A DNA stretch of 64,000 nt from Thermoplasmatota archaeon (GTDB lineage Archaea > Thermoplasmatota > E2 > JACPAO01 > JAHFTW01). Below, in pieces: positions 58,932-64,000 of this stretch; positions within the stretch are counted from its first letter, which is position 1, and every line of letters begins with the position of its first letter. The stretch spans positions 11,853 through 75,852 of the forward strand of contig JBFIHX010000007.1 in assembly GCA_041601615.1 (NCBI GenBank), read 5' to 3'. A program made the translations under genes and the position numbers. Under the pieces are notes generated by a model. That model had not been told where the DNA came from and did no database searches. It saw only the letters and a list, made by a program, of their open reading frames with translations.

Positions 58932-58986
58932 GGGCGCGGGCAGTAGCAATCCGTCTATGGATATGCCGTTCGAGGCGGCACCACCC

Positions 58987-59310
58987 TCATTCCACCCAAG
59001 GCGCCCCCTGCACCGTGCTCGGGGCGTTTCCGTGCAGCCACGCCGACGGAAACACCACTTGCAAGGAGCCACCCCACAATCGACCCATTTCGTGGCGAAG
59101 CAGCGGGTATGTCCTTCGCATCCCTTCATCCAATTCTTCCACCGCATCCCCCACTGCAGCTACAAAGGGTCCGGGGTCTTCGTCGGCGTCCACCAGGAAT
59201 CCGCCACCCACTCGAAGCACCCGCAACCCGGGTACGCCGCCGAGACTGTGCACAAGGTCACGCTCCAATCGACGCCCAAGATCTCCTGAAAGCCACGCGG
59301 CGTAGCGCAT
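58987..59310 (-). CDS. hypothetical protein
   Basis: 107-aa ORF filling the gap; no recognisable motif. Confidence 0.4.
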   Translation of the reverse strand: MRYAAWLSGDLGRRLERDLVHSLGGVPGLRVLRVGGGFLVDADEDPGPFVAAVGDAVEELDEGMRRTYPLLRHEMGRLWGGSLQVVFPSAWLHGNAPSTVQGAPWVE

Positions 59311-59688
59311 CGGGATGAGAATTCGACTTCGCTGCTCCATGTGGGTACGATTGCTCGGCCGTGCATGAGGGCTACCCATAGAAGGCAGAAACAGCCCGCT
59401 TCTTGGCCTGTGCCGCACACAACAAGGCCTGCGTAACACACATGTTGGTGCCCAACCGCATTCATTCATGCATTAATGATCAATAAACTGCCAAACTGAG
59501 CAAGTATGGGTTTTTCCGGGCAATTTTGGCAAATCCGCAAGGACCGCTCCGAGGAACCGCTGCACAAGCGCACAATCTAGCGGCCCGTTGCACCCCTCCA
59601 AAATAGCCACCCGTCCCCCCTGCCCACGCCATCATGCTTGTGCGGACCGACAACAACCGTTTTGTCGTCGGCCGTTGCTCGACCGCCT

Positions 59689-60606
59689 ATGCGAACGATC
59701 CTCTTGACCATCCTGAGCCTCTTCATGGTCACCCTTGCCGGTTGTGCCCAGAGCAGCGACGGCGGCGTGGACGAGAAAAAATTGGACAAAATCCAAGTCA
59801 CCGACACTACAGGCGGAATCCGCGGGGTCGTGGTGGACACCAGCATCACCCCCGTGGCCGACGCCCGCGTGCTGCTCAACACAGGCGCGGAAACAGCGAC
59901 CGACGCTAGCGGCGTCTTCACATTCACGGGACTAGAACCGGGAACCTACTTTGTCACTGCGGAGAAACTCCTGTACGAAGGCGCCCAAGCGAGCACCCTC
60001 GTACAAGCAGGCGTGGACGAACCCCCCGTGCTCACCATCCAGATTGCACGGCTCGCCGGCGTCGTCCCCTTCGTAGAAGTCAACCAATTCGACGGCTTCT
60101 ATGACTGCGCCTTTGCCGGCCCCGGCATCACCGACAGCTGCGACATGGCCACCCGAACGGTCCACGACGCAGGCGTCGAACCCGTCCCCCGCAGTCTCCA
60201 AAACAACGTCAACACCGGCTTCATCACCGTAAGCCCCCAGGTCCAGACCATCATCCAAGAAGGATTCTACGACGACTCCGTCACGAGCCGTTTCTGGACC
60301 ATGGTCAGCAGCACCCCAATCGACAACGGTTGCGACTGCAGCGACATCGACTACATCGACAACATCGGCGATGACGGCACCACCTACGGCCGTGGCGACC
60401 GCTCGACCGGTGAACCCTTCCCCGCTACCAACGGCGAGGAAGAAGTAGCCGTGCGCGGCTTCATCCCGTGGTTTGGCTTCGCCGACCCCGGAGTAGACTA
60501 CGCACTCGGCCTCGAATTCCAGATCTTCACGACCCTGTTCTACAACTTTGAAGCACAGGACGGCTGGAACATCCAAGCCCGCGAAGACTACCCGCTCCCA
60601 AGCTGA
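59689..60606 (+). CDS. lipoprotein with carboxypeptidase-regulatory-like domain
   Basis: LAGC; GGIRGVVVD..ITPV, TDASG.F.F.GLEPGTY; CDC motif. Confidence 0.8.
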   Translation: MRTILLTILSLFMVTLAGCAQSSDGGVDEKKLDKIQVTDTTGGIRGVVVDTSITPVADARVLLNTGAETATDASGVFTFTGLEPGTYFVTAEKLLYEGAQASTLVQAGVDEPPVLTIQIARLAGVVPFVEVNQFDGFYDCAFAGPGITDSCDMATRTVHDAGVEPVPRSLQNNVNTGFITVSPQVQTIIQEGFYDDSVTSRFWTMVSSTPIDNGCDCSDIDYIDNIGDDGTTYGRGDRSTGEPFPATNGEEEVAVRGFIPWFGFADPGVDYALGLEFQIFTTLFYNFEAQDGWNIQAREDYPLPS

Positions 60607-60692
60607 TTGGACCCATTCGTCGGCACCACCCAAGCAATCTTCCATCAAAGCCACAACAAGGGCTAAGAACGAGCCCGTGCGGTCCTGAGCCC

Positions 60693-61682
60693 ATGCGCAC
60701 GTGGGTCATCTGCGGACTCTTCCTTTTGACAGCCCTGGCCGGATGCTCCGACGCTCCTCCGGCCACCGACAAGGAAGACGACGGGTTCAAGGACATCGAC
60801 TACAAAGTGGACGACCAAACCGGCGCCATTCTCGGCATCGTCGTCAACGAAGTCATCGAACCGGTCTCCGGCGCCACGATCACCCTGCAAGACGGCACCG
60901 GCCGTTCCACCCAAACCGATGCGCAGGGCCGCTTTGTCCTGGACGAACTCGACGAAGGAAGTTACTTTTTGAGCGCGAGCAAACCGGGCCACACCGAGAG
61001 CCAATTCAGCGCCCAAGTCGCCCCCGGCTCCGCCAACCCTGCCATCATCAAGGTTCAACTTCCCCGGCTCTTCGAGGCAGACCCCTTCATGCAAGCCTTC
61101 AGTTTCGAGGGCTTCTTTACATGCAGCCAAAACGGAGTCATTCCGCTCTGGAGCAGCAGCCCGTGCGTCTTCGACCACACCAAGCACAGCTTGATTCCCG
61201 CCCCCGCAAACGGCATCCTCCCGATGCTGGACAACGCCACCCCGCAAATCCGTGATTTCCACGCAGACGTGGGCGCCGGTTGGCAGAGCATGATCTGGGA
61301 GATGACCTGGGAAGCCAGCGCCCAAGGAACCAGCGAAAACATGGGCATCGTGGTCAGCACCTACAAACCCGAACGTTGCACCTGCCACTCCTTTGCCAAC
61401 TACGGCAGCGCAAACCCACTGCGCTTGCAAATGGACGTGGGCGCCCCGCACGAGACCGCAGCGGCAGCCGAACCCACCGCGATTCCCCCGGAAGGCATCG
61501 AGCAAATGAGCTTCTTTACCTCCGTGCGCGCCCCCGACGGCAACATCAACACCGGGCTAGGCCCCCGCGCCCCGCCTGGACTTGCCGTGGACCAAGATTT
61601 CACGATCTTCTACCACCAGTTCTACTACGCGGCGCCGCCGGAAGGATGGTCGTTCCTGAACGGCGACGGAAACCCGTTCTAG
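60693..61682 (+). CDS. lipoprotein with carboxypeptidase-regulatory-like domain (paralog)
   Basis: LAGC; GAILGIVV..IEPV, TDAQG.F; CTC motif; shared F.IF...FY....GW end. Confidence 0.8.
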   Translation: MRTWVICGLFLLTALAGCSDAPPATDKEDDGFKDIDYKVDDQTGAILGIVVNEVIEPVSGATITLQDGTGRSTQTDAQGRFVLDELDEGSYFLSASKPGHTESQFSAQVAPGSANPAIIKVQLPRLFEADPFMQAFSFEGFFTCSQNGVIPLWSSSPCVFDHTKHSLIPAPANGILPMLDNATPQIRDFHADVGAGWQSMIWEMTWEASAQGTSENMGIVVSTYKPERCTCHSFANYGSANPLRLQMDVGAPHETAAAAEPTAIPPEGIEQMSFFTSVRAPDGNINTGLGPRAPPGLAVDQDFTIFYHQFYYAAPPEGWSFLNGDGNPF

Positions 61683-61733
61683 TCCTCGATTCGCACCCGA
61701 CCATTTTTCCATTCCTCTCGTCTCGGCGCCCTC

Positions 61734-62864
61734 GTGCAGGAGGAGTCGTGGCCACTCGACCGAGTCCAAGCGGGGCTCCAGTCGGCCCGCGCCAAGGACG
61801 CATCGTTTGCGTCAGGAACCATCCTCGGCTCCATGTGCACCGCCCCGCACGAGGCCGCTTCCTGGGCGTTCTCTTCGTTCTTGGAAACAAACCTTGGAGA
61901 TCCGGACCACTGCACCGGCACCGCCGAGCTGGAACGAGAAGTCCTTGCAGATTTTCGCGCACTTGTCTCTGCGAGCCCCGCCGCTGGCGCCAGACTCCTG
62001 ACGGGCGGCAACGAGGCAAATTTGCTTGCGTGCTACCTGGCCCGTGAAAAAACCGGCAACCGCCGCATCGTGGTCCCGGACTCCTGCCATTTCAGCTTTG
62101 AAAAAGCGGCACGCATGCTGAACATGGAACTGGTGCGCGTGCCGACCGTAGGCCACCGCGCCGACCCCGATGCCATGGCGGCGGCCGTGGACCACGATAC
62201 CGCCCTCGTGGTGGCCATCGCAGGCACGACGGAGTTGGGCCTCGTAGATCCGATTCCGAAACTGGCCGCAGAGGCAGATGACGCCGGCGCCTTGCTGCAC
62301 GTGGACGCAGCTTGGGGCGGCTACGTGTTGCCCTTTTTGGCAGCGGCTGGCGAACCGGAGAAGCCGTTTGGCCTAGATGTGCCAGGAGTATGGTCCGTCG
62401 GCCTTGACCCGCACAAAATGGGCATGGCAGCAATCCCGGCCGGTGCGCTCGTAGTGGCCGACGAACAGGATTGGCAGCGCGTGGCCGTGGAAACCAGCTA
62501 CGTCAGCACCAACGGCCAAAGCACCATCCTCGGCACCAGACCAGGGGCCGCCGCTGCATCCGTCTGGGCCGTGCACCGCGCCATGGGCACCTTGGGGTAC
62601 GCAAAACTGGTACAGCGCTGCCTTGCCACCACTAGGCGCATTGCGACGCGCTTGCAAGCGCACGGAGCCGAACTCGTCGCCCAGCCCGAACTGAATCTTC
62701 TGACCTTCCGCTTCGGCGACCCGGCCCAAACGCACGAACGACTGGCGGCGGCCGGATTCCGCCTCAACATCGTTCCCCGCTTCGGTGCCATGCGCATCGT
62801 AGTCAATCCCCACGTAACCGACGAAGTCGCCGATCGATTCCTCGAAGCCTTTGAACGCTTGTAG
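61734..62864 (+). CDS. mfnA: PLP-dependent tyrosine/aspartate decarboxylase
   Basis: ILGSMCT.PH, TNLGDP, HFSFEKA, HVDAAWGG, DPHKMG, GTRPG. Confidence 0.9.
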   Translation: MQEESWPLDRVQAGLQSARAKDASFASGTILGSMCTAPHEAASWAFSSFLETNLGDPDHCTGTAELEREVLADFRALVSASPAAGARLLTGGNEANLLACYLAREKTGNRRIVVPDSCHFSFEKAARMLNMELVRVPTVGHRADPDAMAAAVDHDTALVVAIAGTTELGLVDPIPKLAAEADDAGALLHVDAAWGGYVLPFLAAAGEPEKPFGLDVPGVWSVGLDPHKMGMAAIPAGALVVADEQDWQRVAVETSYVSTNGQSTILGTRPGAAAASVWAVHRAMGTLGYAKLVQRCLATTRRIATRLQAHGAELVAQPELNLLTFRFGDPAQTHERLAAAGFRLNIVPRFGAMRIVVNPHVTDEVADRFLEAFERL

Positions 62865-62878
62865 CGTCACCGGCAATC

Positions 62879-63439
62879 GTGGACATCGACGAGAGCCTCC
62901 GCCAGGCGACCGTAATGGACCGGGGCGGCTACCCATACCTGATTCATCCGCTCACCGACGGAGTGCCCCGCTGCGACCCCAAATTGCTTCGAGAATGGGC
63001 AACCTGGGCCGCCGCGTCGCCCCTACTTGCGGACGCTACCGTGCTCCTCGCGCCGGAGGCGATGGCCATCCCACTCGCCGTGGCACTCAGCCTTGAAACT
63101 GGCCTTCCCGTGTTGACAGTGCGCAAACGGCGCTACGACTTGCCCGGAGAAGTGGTCGCCTACTGTGAAACCGGCTACGGCGAAGCCTGCCTGCACGTCA
63201 ACGATGTGCACCCGGAGGACAAAATCGTCATCATCGACGATGTGCTCAGCACCGGCGGCACCCTCGACGCCCTTCTATTGACATTGTCGGAGATGAACGC
63301 CAACGTCCTCGGAGCCTTGGTGTTCCTGGACAAAGGCCGTGTGCGCGACAAGCTCGCAGTCAAACACGCACTCCCCATCCACGTCATGCGCACCGTCCAA
63401 GTGGCCAGCGGAGTCGTCACACCGGGCCCCGGCGGATGA
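62879..63439 (+). CDS. hpt: archaeal purine phosphoribosyltransferase (Hpt-like)
   Basis: YPYLIHPLTDGVP, EAMAIP, RKRRY.LPGE, IIDDVLSTGGT. Confidence 0.88.
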   Translation: MDIDESLRQATVMDRGGYPYLIHPLTDGVPRCDPKLLREWATWAAASPLLADATVLLAPEAMAIPLAVALSLETGLPVLTVRKRRYDLPGEVVAYCETGYGEACLHVNDVHPEDKIVIIDDVLSTGGTLDALLLTLSEMNANVLGALVFLDKGRVRDKLAVKHALPIHVMRTVQVASGVVTPGPGG

Positions 63440-63500
63440 ACAAGACCTGCCATGACCTACCGATGCACTGATTAGATTCCAACGCCACCAAGGTTGCGTC

Positions 63501-64000
63501 ATGGATCGGTACGCATTGCAAGCTCGAAGCCTTCGCAAGACCTACGGCTCCGGCCCCAACGCCGTCCATGCATTACGCGGCGTCGACTTGGACATAAGGC
63601 AAGGAGAATTCGTCAGCATCATGGGCCCCAGCGGCAGCGGCAAGTCCACGCTCCTGCAAATGCTCGGCCTCCTGGACGGCCCCACCGGCGGCCGCATCCG
63701 CATCCAAAACCAAGAAGTGACCCACGCCGACGCTCGCCAACGCGCCCTGACCCGCCGCAGCACCATCGGCTTCGTCTTCCAATCCTTCCACTTGCTGGCA
63801 CGCGCCACCGCCCTCCAGAACGTCATGCTCCCCATGGCCATATCGGGCGTCCCTCGCAACCAGCGCCGCAGCCGAGCCCTTCGCACCCTAGATGCCGTGG
63901 GATTGCTCGACCGCGCCGATCACCGCAGCACCGAAATGAGCGGCGGCCAAAAGCAACGCGTCGCCATCGCCCGCGCCCTCGCCCTCAATCCACCCATCCT
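63501..64000 (+). CDS. ABC transporter ATP-binding protein (LolD/MacB-like, 3' truncated)
   Basis: GPSGSGKST, IGFVFQSF, MSGGQKQRVAIARAL. Confidence 0.92.
   Translation, partial: MDRYALQARSLRKTYGSGPNAVHALRGVDLDIRQGEFVSIMGPSGSGKSTLLQMLGLLDGPTGGRIRIQNQEVTHADARQRALTRRSTIGFVFQSFHLLARATALQNVMLPMAISGVPRNQRRSRALRTLDAVGLLDRADHRSTEMSGGQKQRVAIARALALNPPI

Overview
GC-rich archaeal chromosome segment, most likely from an uncultured Thermoplasmatota lineage. The lineage is inferred from gene content: the rpoE1-spt4-DUF359...rps24e-rps27ae cluster, FEN1 with a PIP box, MfnA, archaeal Hpt and many LAGC-type lipoproteins. It holds about 70 genes for housekeeping, lipid and nucleotide metabolism, transport and surface proteins. 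An RNase P RNA gene (42662-42969, minus strand) and two small genes missing from the ORF track (spt4, rps27ae) are also present. I found no integrase, transposase, reverse transcriptase, CRISPR array or tRNA. Most notable: three unrelated housekeeping genes (pgk, acyl-CoA dehydrogenase, rps27ae) are each followed by a GGGG-led hairpin and, starting at the hairpin base, a diverged second copy of the gene's own 3' end with the stop codon at the same position. The differences are mostly synonymous in two of the three copies. The same hairpin family recurs at 35.1 and 48.3 kb, where strand composition appears to flip. Also notable are two clusters of modular Cys-rich secreted proteins and an uncharacterised ~55-aa domain shared by three proteins, including an extended endonuclease IV.
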